From contig JASVEC010000015.1 of NCBI GenBank assembly GCA_030770535.1, positions 310,001 to 374,000 on the forward strand: 64,000 bases of DNA. The letters are read 5' to 3'. The notes beneath the pieces are model-generated. The model did no database searches, was not told the DNA's origin, and was given only the letters and a program-made list of their open reading frames with translations. Positions within the stretch are counted from its first letter, which is position 1. Each line of letters begins with the position of its first letter. Below, in pieces: positions 25,500 to 39,300 of the stretch. The stretch comes from Batkoa obscura (lineage: Eukaryota). The translations under genes and the position numbers were made by a program.

Positions 25500-25728
25500 T
25501 GAAAATTATTGAAATATTTTGATGATAAAATTAAACTTAGTAAATTTATCAATAAACTTGATTTATCAAAATTGAGTGATTAAATTGATTGGTTCAAACC
25601 TTAAAATCTCCCCATCTTTTTATGAATATTTAAATTAGTCAATATTTAAACCATCCATATTTATACTTGCTTATAAAATTTATTTTCTTTTTTAATTTAT
25701 TTCAATACAACACAACACCCTTTATAAA

Positions 25729-26804
25729 ATGGAAATTTTGATATTATTAGGTTTATCTATAGGTAAATATTACTGCTCTTTCTCTCCATTTTCATGAAAT
25801 AATCATTAATCTTCCAAACAGGTATGTTTTTAGGAGCATTATTAGGTGGTTATATCCCCTTGATGTTTAATTTTAGCTCTAACAAATTGCGTTTAATAAC
25901 TTGTTTTGGTACTGGCTTACTAATCGGTTGTTCATTAATAATAATTTTACCTGAAGGCATAGAAACCATTAATAAAGCTCAATTAAATCTTAACAATAAA
26001 GATACAACAAAAATATTGTCTTTATTGGAGAACAATAACACTAACAATGATAATCCGATGGAAGATAATAATAAGAATGAGACCACTAGTATAAACAATA
26101 ACACAGTAAAAGATTTCAATATTATTAAAAGAAGCGAAGCAGAAGAAGATAACAATATAAAGATGGATCATAAGTTAATAGGTTTAGCATTAATCTCTGG
26201 GTTTAGTGTTATGTTCTTAATTGATAGTTACTTGGGCACACACTCTCATTCTATTTCCGATTCGCATATTGGAGTACCACAAGAATTGCGACCATCAATA
26301 GAAGAAAATCTCCGGCCACTTGAAGAAGATTTAGAATCAACACAAAACCCTCTAACAGCTTTATTTGGTTTGTTGATTCACTCAGCAGCAGACGGTATTG
26401 CACTTGGAGCAGCTAGTATAATTGAACAAAAAAGTTTAGAATTGATATTATTTATTGCTATTTTATTACACAAACTACCAGCTGCTTTTGGATTATCGAC
26501 AATTTTGTTACAAAAAAAAGTGAAAACAAAGAAGATTATTCCTTGTTTGTTATTGTTTGCCGCAGCCGCTCCGATAGCTTGTTTAATTACTTATGGATTA
26601 TTACATGTGTTCCAAGTACAAGATTTAAAGTTGTTGTTTCTTTTTACTGGCTTTTTGTTATTGTTTTCTGCAGGTACTTTTTTATATGTAGCTATTATTC
26701 ATTCTCTTAATGAAGTAACTCATGATACTCAATTATCTCATATGGAAATCTTTTGTATATTATTAGCCATGTTCTTTCCATTAGTATTACCTTTAGATGA
26801 TTAA
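25729..26804 (+). CDS. ZIP-family (ZIP9/Atx2-like) metal transporter; short exon 1 at 25729-25762
   Basis: GTGLLIG..L.IILPEG, GLLIHSAADGIALG, AILLHKLPAAFGL, LFSAGTFLYVA motifs; GT-AG intron 25763-25821. Confidence 0.92.
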
Positions 26805-26940
26805 TTTGGAATTAAGTTGGTGTATTAATAGAATAAGTAATAATAATAAAAGTAAAAAAAGTAAAAATAGTTTAATTTTTTTATTTTTAGTAATAAAAAT
26901 TCTATAACCTTATAATACTACTAACGACTATTCTTCTTAT

Positions 26941-28261
26941 TCACATCTCTTTAAATACATTTTTAGCTAATTTAAGTTGAATACTATCATGCTCAAAATC
27001 AAAATCTTTATTCAAAAAATTATCCATATCACTAAATGTATTTGATTGATTTAATCCTTCAATATGTTTCCAATGCTCTTGATGATTTTGATTATGATTT
27101 TGATTATTTTCCAAAATATCTGTATTATTTTCACTAGCATTTAAACCGTAAGCTTGACCAAGGTTGGCCAATTCATTAAAAGATTGATTCAATGCTAAAT
27201 TGTTACTATCTTGTAAATTAAATTCGTCATAATTCATTTCCATGTCTTCTTCTTTAAATGTAAATAGATTGCGGAAACTATTATCCATCACTGATGTATT
27301 ATTATGTTGATTATTCCCAACATGTTCATCTTCAGGTATTGTATCATAAAGATTTTGATTCATATTATTAGGGAAAGCATCAAACATATCTTGGCTTATA
27401 ACATCATTAAGTACACTATTAAATATATTTTGATTTAAATCGTGATTAGGAATAGCACCAAAAATATCTTCATTTAAATGGAGATTAGGAACTATATCAA
27501 ACGTACCCTCAGTTAGATTATCATTAGGAACCGTATCAACTAAATTCTCATTTACATTGTCATTAGGAACTGTAAATTGATTTTGAGCCTTTTTAGGAAT
27601 TTCATTTGATTGTAAAGGTTCTGGAGAAGGTATAATTTCAAAATTACCCTTTGATAAATTATCATATCTACTTTTAAATGGATTTGGGCTACTTTGTTGA
27701 CATTCCATATCATGCTCATTATGAAATTGTTCAAATTCTTTTTCTTCATCAATAGCAAAATTATCCAATTGTTTCTTTTGTACTTCTTCTTGGACATCGA
27801 ACTCTTTTTCTTTAATTCTAGCTTGTTTTTCTTTCCATAACTTATCAATATCTGGAATCTCACGTAATTGATACTGTTTTAAATCGATATCTAATTTGGG
27901 CAACTCCACCATTTGATATCGCTTGAATTTTTTTAATATTTTTTCTTTGTCTTTTTGATCAATCTTGGGCTCTTTTTTAATACTACCTTTTTTACTCTTT
28001 TTATATAATTCAGGATGCTTTAATACTTTCACTTTTTTAGGTAATCGAATAACGTGAGTCGCTACATTTTTTTGATCTAAGGGGTAGATACACTAAAAAG
28101 AAATAAAAATTTAAAGGTTAGATATCAGTTTATATTGAAAAAAATAGAGTTACCTTTTCGTCGGGGCATAGTAATATCATCTTATCTAGATTGATCCATT
28201 CCAATTTCAACTTCGATTGACATTTAGGACAACATTTTTCACTAGGCTTTGTAGAAGACAT
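26941..28261 (-). CDS. Unknown protein with N-terminal USPL1-type zinc ribbon and acidic Asn-rich repeats; exons 28261-28154 and 28092-26941
   Basis: Spliced N-terminus MSSTKPSEKCCPKCQSKLKLEWINLDKMILLCPDEK|CIYPLD runs in frame into the 363-aa ORF; intron 28093-28153 is GT-AG. Confidence 0.7.
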
Positions 28262-29189
28262 GGCTTAATTAATTTTATTTTTTTAAATTAATAAATAATA
28301 TGAATTACTATTATTAGAATTTAAAAAAAAGTATTCAATAAACTTGTTAAGAAAAAATCAGCAGTAAATACATTTTAATTGCCCAATGAAAGAACAACTA
28401 TTCTATCTGTAGATAGCGATAGCCAATAAAATTGGAAAGATTTCATGGATTAAAATCGATTCAATCCTTAACTTGAAAGCTTTCCTTAGAATTTTTAAAA
28501 TTTGAAGCCTATTTTATCACATCGGTATGCCACAAGTACCCCCTTCTTCCGAATCTCTAGCTTTCGCTTACCTAATACAGCTTTTGTTCTCTTACTGCCA
28601 ACATTGCTCAAGTCCATGCATTAAACCATCATCAACCAATCAATCATTAGCTTTCACAACCAGCTGAATTTTTTGATATTATTTTATTGTGGGATGAAAA
28701 TGCAAATTAACTATCAAACTAGGCATTTATTCAATTGAAAAAAGTCAAAATTGTAGCGCTTACTGGATTTGCAATCCTAGATAGATTATTCAAAAAAAGC
28801 GAACAATCTGAGTTAAATTTTCTTGATAATTAAATCTAGTGAAAAAAAACTGCAATGTAAATTAATTTAATCATGGTGAAGATCCTTTTGATTTAGTTAG
28901 GATATTTAATTTTTGTTCGCATTTTGATTTAATCATTATTAAGAAAATTTAGTCCAACCTATTGACTTTTCCGAGACAACAGATAGGGTTGGAAACCCTG
29001 TAGATAAATCCAAGTTTTATATAAAATATAACAAGATTAATTTAAAAAAAGCATGTATTAGCTTGCAGGGCGAGCCAAACATGATACTGATATATTAATA
29101 GTAATAAAAGCAGTAAACATTGTATTCTAAAGTTCAACTTTTTTTGTACCATCTTTCAAACAATAGGAACATCAGGAATGTACTTCCAT

Positions 29190-30680
29190 CTCACACCCTT
29201 TTTTGCCCAAAAAATAGCCCAATAAAATGCGCTTACTTATAACCATATTAAAATCTTACTATTAAAAAAAATCATTTTATGACTTGATCTTATAGAAATC
29301 AATTCATCAGTTTAAAAATGTTAGGTGATGAGGCAGAAAAGAGTGTTATAGTAGTAGTAAAGAATAAACAAGATACCTTGATAAAATTTTGTGATCCTAA
29401 AGATTGTGAGCTTTGAAAAGCTATTCAAATAAGTAAAGTACCTTATTAGTCGGAGAGATGGAGATGTTATTTACATGTGAATGAAAATGACAACAAAATG
29501 ATTGGGGGGTAAAGATGATTTTTCGACTTTAGGATTTTTATTTATACTCTGATTTAACAGGGAGAAAAGACAATCAGTAGATGAAAATAAAGGGTTGAAG
29601 CTGAGAGAAAGTATCATAAAGGATAGTCTTTTAAAACAATTAAGGTAAGTACAATTGTATAATTTGAATAACGTTTTATCTGATTGCTTAGGAAGGGGAT
29701 AGAAGCTAATCGACATTTCACATCAAAAAAAAGCTAAGAACTCTAATTCTAACAAAGACGAGATTAAAGTGAAAGAAGAAGAAGGGTATGAATAATTTGA
29801 TTAAAATTTCAAAAATAATTAGCAATCAATAGTAATGATGGTACAAAAAGAAATGACGCAACTTCAGAAAAGACACAAGGTAATTAACGTATTTAGTTTG
29901 TTTATTATAATACTAATATAGGATTAGAACTATGTGCTACTTCTAATGATTTTAATTTATGTGACAATCATCCTAGTCTCAAAAAGAGCATGGGTAAGGA
30001 TAGTAAAGTTGAAGTTTTAATTGAAGAAGAATTATCAGCTCAAATCATGTTTTATCTAAAAAACGGCAAAAAAGATACGACATTTCATTAGGTCGTTTGA
30101 TTATTCACAAAAGGACACAGGCAATTTATACATTTATGCTTCAGAATATCATAGGTAATAGACACAATATTATAACAATATGTCGAATGGATTGTTTTAG
30201 CTATTTTTAATAGTAAACATGGACAATATTTTAGAGTAGGAAACAAATTGGATACAAGTCTTACAAACGCAATGAATTTAATCCATTGTCCAATAATAAA
30301 GAAACTGAATACAACTAAGGGTCTATATAAGCAATCACAATTGAGTAATGTCATTAAAATCATATGCGAAAGAAAAGATTTATTATCAAATTTACTACAG
30401 ATGGAATTAGCCGCATATTTTCATAACATTGTACAACAAACAGTAAATATTATATTAGAGTCTTACTAGAATGATATTAATGGTTTATATAAAAGGATGT
30501 GTGTAAAGGTAGTGGTTCAGCTCATCTATATTGGTTCCATTGTAGTAAAGAAGATTTAGCTTATAATTACAAATTTTATTAATTAGAAAAGGATGTGGAT
30601 ATATCCAGGATTAAATTTGGCACTTAATGTGGCTAAAAAATGGGTAAATTTTATTGGTGAAATGAATAAATCAATTTAAA
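29190..30680 (+). pseudogene. Decayed copy B of the unknown three-copy gene family
   Basis: Stops and frameshifts; shares blocks with copy C (AATAGTAA[A/C]CATGGACAATATTTT; TTGTAGTAAAGAAGATTT); intron-like GTAATT...TACTAAT...TAG near 29880-29927. Confidence 0.6.
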
Positions 30681-30710
30681 TACTTTTCATAAGTTTTAAA
30701 TTTGTTATAT

Positions 30711-30807
30711 GGAATATATTTTTGTGTTTAAGAATTTTACTAACAAATTTTCCGCTCAAATAGTGCTTAAAAAAATGGAAAAAGTAATGAAGTCAAAAAA
30801 CACCCCT
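30711..30807 (+). mobile_element. MITE copy
   Basis: Consensus match; flanks ATAT/ATAT. Confidence 0.85.
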
Positions 30808-31049
30808 ATATCCCATTTTATTATGTATTACAATAAGTCAGATTTAAACCTTACACTCTTGATTCCTAAACTTCTAAAGTATAATAAAGCATTAATCCTG
30901 TCAAATTCAAAGGGATCTTTAGTGTTTTCTAAAACTTTTTTTCTGGAAATTTTAAAGTAAATAATCCAAAATAAAAAATTTGTTTAGCTCCACAAGATTA
31001 TACAAATTTAAAGTAGTGGGATAACGATGACACATTGACAAAATAAATA

Positions 31050-32030
31050 GCAGTATAAAAGACAAAAAACTTTATTTTGCAAATTAACAATATAGTAGAT
31101 ACATCTTCGATCACAGTAATGGCAGACTGCTCTTTTATATCCTTCAATAGCTTATAATCATTATATCAGCGTAGATGTTAGTGTCTTTAACTCTAGTTTA
31201 GCCTAATTCATTTAATATAGTAGGCATACACTTTCTCTAATAATAAAACCCTCCTTGTTGTTATTAAAAGGTCATCTTGACTTTTTTGGTAAACCATTAC
31301 GTTTTACAGACAACAACTTGCTCTTAAACCAAAGATTTGATAATTTAGAGTCGATTTATCCTTTAATTCCTTTAGAAGGTGGCGAGTGAGATATCATGAG
31401 TGCTTTCTTAGCTGGTGCTATTTACTATCATGTTGGATTTCGATGTTGTTTGACTTATAAATATTGCTTAAAAAGTGGATGTCTATACTGTTTTTAATAG
31501 ATATATCATGATATAAGCTCTTTAAATTATTAGCGGATAATAGGTTTAAGTCATTTTTATATCTACTTTCAGTCTAAATCTGATTGAAATATGACCACCG
31601 GTCATATTGGCTAAGGATTTGGATAGACAAAATAGTAAAACTTTAATTCGTTTACAGAGAGTGCTTAATACAATATAAATTATAGTTAATCTTATAAGTA
31701 TTACACTATTCTTTGAGCTAACTAATAGCTTGTCTTATTTAACAGGCTAGCTATTCCAGAACCAGAGGAAGTATATTTTTCGAAAATTATTACTTTTTTA
31801 AAAGTATTTCATTCAGCTAAAACCCTTCCCCTTTAACTCAGATGTAAACTGCCTAAAATAGCATTCTTTGACACCATTGTAGCTGAGTAATCAAATGTTG
31901 AATAAAATTCTCATTTTTTTCGAGCTCTTCAACTACTTGCATACAAGTGATGATTTGAATCGTCAATTTTTTGCCAAAGTCTAGGCTTGCGAGTTAGTTC
32001 GTCAGATTTGCCTTAGTTAACCGTTTCGGT
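31050..32030 (-). mobile_element. Heavily degraded non-LTR (L1/Tx1-like) ORF2 relic
   Basis: Minus-strand translation has HLS*RGRVLAE*NT (cf. LSxxGRxxLxNS) and K*DKL...TLCKRIKVLL (cf. WDKL...LLxKWIxRLL); many stops. Confidence 0.35.
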
Positions 32031-32522
32031 TGTATGTATAATATAAATTGATAATGAACTTTGATCAAAGTGGACTTATTTTTTAAAATCTATTTTAATC
32101 CAACAAGCATTAAAATTTGCTTGGTATAAAAAGGATTGAATTAAAGCAACGTACTTTCTATATGGCAAACAGTAACTTAAATAGCTGAGTGTTTTTGATA
32201 TCGTTATTTACCTATTATTTTATATATAGCAGCGCTTTCAATAAATTCTATAGAGATAGTTAGCTTCTAGTATAACTTATTTTATCACTAGTTAATTAAT
32301 CTATATTTGTATCTAAATAACGTTTAAAATATTAAAAAATAATATAAAAATAAAAAACAACAAATTTAAGCTTCATTAATAAAAAATAACGACAATTTTT
32401 AAAAAATGTTCCTTAAATAAAAACAAAAATTAAAAAACAGAATTAAGGTATTGATAACATCAATATAAAATATAATGATATGAGATATATTTAACTAAAT
32501 ATAGTAGAAAATAATAATAAGA

Positions 32523-34040
32523 TCACTCTCCTTTGATCCCTTTCTGCGCTATTCGAAAATGCACCAATAAAACGCGCTCATTTTAATCAATTAATTCTTG
32601 CATAGTATTTATTACAAAAAATCAACTGATTTCATCTCTAAACTTTTTTCATAAAATATCAGCTCATCAACTTAAAGATATTAGGAGATCGGGTAGAAGA
32701 GAGTGTCATAATAACAATAAAAACAAACAAGCTGATTTTTTAAATTCCTGTGTCAATAAAGAGTGCGAGCTTTGGACAGCTTTTCAGATTGATAGAGTCA
32801 TGTATGTACATAAGAAACCGATATACTATTTACATGCGAATGAAAAGGATTATAGCGAGATGCAAGATAAATTGGTTAAAAGTTAAAATTTGATCCTTTT
32901 TAGTTCAAATTTAATGTTTATGCTTTGATTCAACAGCCAGAAAAGACAAGCGATAAATGAAGATAGTAGTAATAAAACTAATAAGATAGATAAGAAACAT
33001 TCAAGAGAAGTGAAGTAAGGAGACTGATGCGAATTGAATAAACCATTAGTTAACTTTATTGGAGATCAAAAAAGGATAGTGGACAACACAAAATGAGCAT
33101 GAGAGAGAATTTAAACTATAATGAAGTAATAATTAAAGTGAAAAAGAAAGAGGAATTTAGATTAACTAAAATTAAATAACAAATGATAATCAATAATAGT
33201 AGTGATTCAAGCTTTGTTAACGTGGCTTCAAAAAACATAGCAGTTAAATATTAGATTTATATTATTTATTATAACATTAATATAAAATTAGATTTATACA
33301 CTGCTTCTAAGGATGACAATTTAAATGCTAATAATATGATTTTTAGAAATAATACAGTAATGGATTTTAGGTTTGAAATTTTAATCGAAGGAAATTTAGA
33401 AGGTCAGCTTATATATTCAACTAAAATTATGCCAAAAAGATACATAATTTTATCAAAACAGTTAATTTTTCATAAGAGGATAGCAGCGAACTCTTTATTT
33501 GTACTACAAAACATCATAAGTATAAACTATTGATTTAATAAACTATGTTAAATAGCTATAGTAACTGCCTTAAATAGTAACCATGGACAATATTTTCAAA
33601 TAAAGGACAAATTGTATATGACTTCTGAAAATTCAAGTAATTTAATTTTCTACCCAATCGTAAGCAAATTAAGTATATATGATGGTACATATAACTTATC
33701 GGAGTTGTATAAAGAGTTTAAAATCATTTTCAGAAGAAAGTTTTACTGTCAAACCTACCACAGATTAAGATAGCTTCATACTTAAGCAGCTTCACTTACC
33801 TAACACTAAGAGTCTTATGAATTAAAACTATGATTATAAGTTATATTAATTTTATAGGAAGTATGTATAGGTTATGGCTTAAGTTATTTATATTGACTCT
33901 GTTGTAGTAAAGAAGATTTGGCATTTATTTATAGTTTTATCAATTGGAAAATGATTTAAGATATCCAGAGTTAAGCTTCATACTTAGTATACTTGAAAAA
34001 TGGTCAAATTCTATTGATAAGATCAACGACTTAATTCAAA
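32523..34040 (+). pseudogene. Decayed copy C of the unknown three-copy gene family
   Basis: Colinear similarity to 29190-30680 over ~1.5 kb and to 21765-22320 (inverted); multiple stops. Confidence 0.6.
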
Positions 34041-35378
34041 ATACTTTGCAGTTTACAGCACATTGTTGTATCTGATATTATCATCTATTAATTAACTTAT
34101 TCAAAATCTTGTGTTATTTCTTGATCTAACTTTAGCAAAGCATAATCAAATATTGCTACAATTGAATTCGAAAGAGCTAGTAAATCTTATCTTTAATACA
34201 CTACTTTTGGGAGTCCTCAGAATAGGTAATTTGATAACTTTTTATATCATAATTTTTCCGTGTGTTTTTTTCTTACATCATTTTTTATGAGCTTTATTGA
34301 CACCGATGTACTTTCGACTTTTTTTCCTAGTGTAACGCGTTTAAATTATCATAAAAATCGTCATCAATAGTTGAATAGCATTCACAAACTAAAAATTCTG
34401 AAATGATTATAGCGAGATGTAATTGTAATAAAATAATATATGGGTATTAATAAGAAAAGTAGTTTATGGGATGTAACTACAATGTATTAAAGACAAAGCA
34501 TATCATATAATAATTAAGATATGTTATTTTATTTAGTCATCAAAAACTGGTTTATCATAGGAAACTGGTTGCATGGAGTAATGAAAGTCGATACACTATG
34601 AGCTGTAGCAAATTTTGATTGCATAGTTTTAATATGTTTATGAGAATGAGTTAAAATGATAGTTTTGTAGTAAATTACTAATCAAAAGATTGTAGTATAG
34701 TTTAATAAATAAAATCAATGCTCTGAGGTATTGCACTATTTAAGCGCTTTCAATCCTTTAAAAAAGAACTTTGACTATATAATACGCTGATATACCTAAC
34801 TGTCTACTTAAATTGCAAATTTTATATTATAGTTAAGTATAAAAAAATAAATCAATTTATAATTTCTCTTAAGTTAGTTTAGTTAATTACTAAACCTTGA
34901 TGTAACCAAATCTAACCCATTTAAATTTGAACATTTAAACATTTCTTATATTTGCTATCATCGCATCTTCAATAAGTCTAGCAATATGTAACATTATATT
35001 TACAATATCAGGTTATTAAATACCTACAACAGTTGGATATACATCTATCATAAATCTGATGTTCTGAAGTTCCTTCACACATGATTTAAAACCACTAATT
35101 TTTTTACTTTGTTTAATAAATAGAATAAGTAGTAAATGTTCTTTTATATTTTGATCTTTATTTTTCAAAGTATAGTGCGTTTAATCTATATTAGGCAAAT
35201 AACAAATAATTGCTCACAAATTCAAATAATTATTAAATTCCAATAAATTTGATAGTTGTAAGTTACTATTGGGTAAATAGCTTATGATTTATTATTTATG
35301 AAAGTTTTATCAAAAGATGTTATAATATGCACTACTATTTAATAAACTAAAAGTGATGTTTAAATAAAACAATTTTGT

Positions 35379-35663
35379 TTATTCAAACGAATTATACAAA
35401 TAGCCATCAAAGAATCGCAAATTTTCATTTTCATCCATATAATCCAACTGATATGATGGTACTTCTCCATAATTTTCAACTGAAAGAAGGCTATAGGTTG
35501 AAGTTGGAGAAGGTGGGGTCAAGCAACTTGAAAAAGTGATTGTAAAGGTGGAGGGCAATAAAAGAGGTATCTCATCTCTCTTACGACATCTCTCGCTGCA
35601 GTAAAGATCAGTATCTGAATAATCAATATGTCTACCACACATAGGACACCAACTTGTATCCAT
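35379..35663 (-). CDS. Ecl1/2/3-like (extender of chronological lifespan) small zinc-binding protein, copy 1
   Basis: MDTSWCPMCGRHI...LYCSERCRKRD four-Cys motif followed by PPSPTS; first ATG at 35663. Confidence 0.8.
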   Translation of the reverse strand: MDTSWCPMCGRHIDYSDTDLYCSERCRKRDEIPLLLPSTFTITFSSCLTPPSPTSTYSLLSVENYGEVPSYQLDYMDENENLRFFDGYLYNSFE

Positions 35664-36341
35664 TGTATTTATAGTTTTAGTAATAAAAGTATTTAAATAT
35701 AGTTTAATGAGATCCAAACAATCGCGTTGACTCTTTAATTAATAAAGTTGCTAACGAGGGAGCTTTTCTTTCAGTTAAGCTTAGAGTAGAAAAGAATGAA
35801 AATCGTCTTTTTTATATGAAATAATTTGAAAAATTTGCAAACTTAAATTTACATAACTACTTAAATATCTGATTGTATATTTGTTTTTAGTAAATTATTT
35901 TTAGTAAATACTTTTGTAAAGTATATTAGTGAATAAAACCTGTTAGAAGCTACCCCTGGAGCTATTTTCAGCTCAGTTGTAGCTTCAAATCCTAATACAA
36001 AATACATATACGAAATCTTTTTGAAAATATAAAACCCAAATTTACTTAATGTTACTTGTTTAGTCTCTTTTATTAAATAAAATAGTGCTTTGTAGAAAAA
36101 AATAAAAAATGTATCTGTTTTAAAACTTTTATATACTATATAAACACACATTAATTGAATTGTCATTTCTGATCCTTAATGATCAAAGTCATTCGAGAAT
36201 AAAAACATGTTTACACATCGAATTTCTCATCCCTTTGTTTAATATTGCTAGTCACTCATATTTTTTGAAATTATACAAATCTAATGCAACAAATAAAACG
36301 GTAACAAATAAATAATAGTAACTTTATTTTTATTTAAAGTT

Positions 36342-39300
36342 TTAACTTTGCATCATTTGACTTAGGTACTGTATAAATTCATTTATAAAAGCAGCCTCCC
36401 ATTCACTATGCTGATTCAATAAATCTACTTGCTGGCTATAAGAAAGCGATAAAAACCTCTTAATTAAATAACCATCGACGAAATAAATTTGATCATTATC
36501 CATCTGACTATAACGTAAAGAGTACCAACCGTTACCCAGTAACGGTTGACAAAATTTACTATTAGCTAATATTGTTTGCAGTTCAATCAATTGTAGATGA
36601 TATCTATAACTCAATGCTTGAACATGAAATAAAGAACCTAAAATAGTACAGCCCATAGCAATTGTATTATCATTGTCATTTAACTGCTTTAAATTGGTAA
36701 CAATTTCATTAAAATAGAACATATTCACCTCCTTTAATTTTGTGTTATAATTTTTATAGCTAATACTATTATTCTTTTGGTTATCTGTTTTAGTTTCCAT
36801 CAAAATCAAATTACCAACTCGATCAAAAGCAAGTCCATATCTTTGATTTAAAAATATGAATTTACCGATATTTCTTAATTGTTTACTATTCTTTATCAAC
36901 TTCAATTCGTTTTCTTCAAATGTAAATAAATAAACACTCTGTTGTTTAGTACTCACAGCAATCTTATCACTGTGATTATGATTAATATTAGTAACGTCGG
37001 AATCAATAGTATGTGAGCAAACTATATTTAAACTTATTAATTTAAATAATTGATTTTGATTATTATAATTAAAATTAGGCAAATAGAATTGGATACATTT
37101 GCCAGAGCTTAATATCAAATGCTCTTTAAACTTGCTTAGAGAACAAACAATACCCATAGGTAAATCCATCTTATTAATTACTGTAAATTTGATATTACAA
37201 ATTGTACTTAGTTGAATTTTATCATCTTCCATTACTTGACTACCATAATTAAACTCAATTTCAATCAAAACTACTAATAATCTACCACCACAATTATTCT
37301 GACTATTCCTTCCATCCAAGATCCCAGTACCTATAAAATACACTGCTTTATATTTCCATACTTTACTTTTACTTAAATAGAATTTGGAATCCCATAATAA
37401 TTTGGAAAACCCTTGTTCATTTTCGTTTAATTTATATTGAGCGTAGATATTCCCATTGGTAGGATGTATTAATCTTAAATAGGATTCAATCTGATAATTT
37501 TTGTTCTCTTCATTTATCATTATCAACAGTAACTCCATTTGTTTATTATAATGAATACGTCTTGGAGTGCCACCAATTATTAATTTGTTGCTTAAATATT
37601 CTGACTTTAACTGAAGTTTAAAATATCCCAAATAACTATACTTATTATTATTATTACTGATATTATTACTGTTGTTGTAAAATAATTTAGGTGATTGATT
37701 CTTTGGACTTTGTTTATGATGAGGTTGTAATTTTGGTGATGTGACAATATTATTCATGTTGTTTTTATTATTACTATTAAAATCAAATGGGTGGTCATTG
37801 ATTGCTAATAAATATGCTTTACTATTATTATTATTAAGATTATCAAAATAGTTATAATTAACAATTGTTGCATCAAATAATTGGTTTAAATTAAAGTTAA
37901 AGTTTAGTACTAACTTGAAATCAATCAATAAGTTATAATTAATTGTTAACAAATATAATTGATTCGATATACACAACACAGTATTCTGATTAATGTATTG
38001 GAATTTCACCGGCAGTTTCCCTAATTCAACTTGTTTTTTAAATTCAATAAATTCTATTTCTTCCTCCATATTAAACTCGAATATCACTACCTTTCCGCTC
38101 TTTAATCCTATCAAAATAAATTTTTCATATAAAATGATTTCGTTAGCAACTATATATTCTGTTGGATTTAAAAACTTTAACTCAATTGTAGTAACTAATT
38201 CAATTTCTTTGTTAAACAGTGAATAGATTAATACTTCCCCACTAAAATTAGCTATAAAAATCATCCGTTTTTGCTCAATTTTAAAACATTGTAAATAGCA
38301 AGGTTGGTAATTTAATAAAATTTGCCCTTCTTTTATCAAACAGATTTCATTGTTATTCAAACTGATCGTATAGCAAGTCAAATAATACTCCCCATTATAA
38401 CTACATTGAATCATAAACAATTGATTTTGTATAGTCGTTGCAAACAATACATTACTATTTCCTTCCACTTCAAACTTAATGATTCTAGCACCAAACAGAT
38501 CATGCTGAATCAAATGATAAAACACAATCTCATTTTCTAATATTTGTAAAAAATATTGCTGCTCTTCAAAATGACTAAAATGGTTGAAGTAAATTGTTGC
38601 TTTTGATCGATCAATACTTAATTCGCTAGATATATCTATTAATTCTTCCTTAATTAAATGATACAATTGAATTTTATCCTCATTGTTGTACATTACAATA
38701 ATTATCATGCTATCTTGTTGAATATAAATAGTTTCTATTTTATATATCATACTTCTGATAGGCTGTAACAACTTATTGGTATTGCTTGGCATGTTACTAT
38801 TGATTGTAGCTTTATCCAAGTAAAATTCCTCTTCATCAATATTCTCAATATTATTCGTACTATAATTGTTACTAATTGTTGTATTACTTGTAATTAAGTT
38901 AATTAGTTTAATACAATTACCATATTGTAAAGAATAGATACTGCCGTTAGGATATAAATTAGAGCAGGTGACAATTTTATTATTAATTAGTTCAAAATCA
39001 ATAATTGGACTACGATTAAAAAATAACAACTCATAATTTAATAATTTGATATTATTATAATTAATTAGATTAAATTTATTGCTCTTATACTTCAACTTAT
39101 TATTTCTATTCTCTTCTTCATCATCATTATTATTATCAAAATACGGATTATTAACTTTAAAACTATAACTATTAAAATAATTATAGTCATCTTCGTTATT
39201 AGTATCCCCTTTATTCGATATCCAAATCACTCCACTATCACTAAAATCCGTAGAAAAAGCAACTACATCAAACTCCCAATCTCTTTCGATTATCTCTAAT

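Noticed and set aside
28527..28670. Short ATG-initiated ORF (~46 codons) in a slightly GC-richer patch
   Set aside because: No recognisable motif or splice support.
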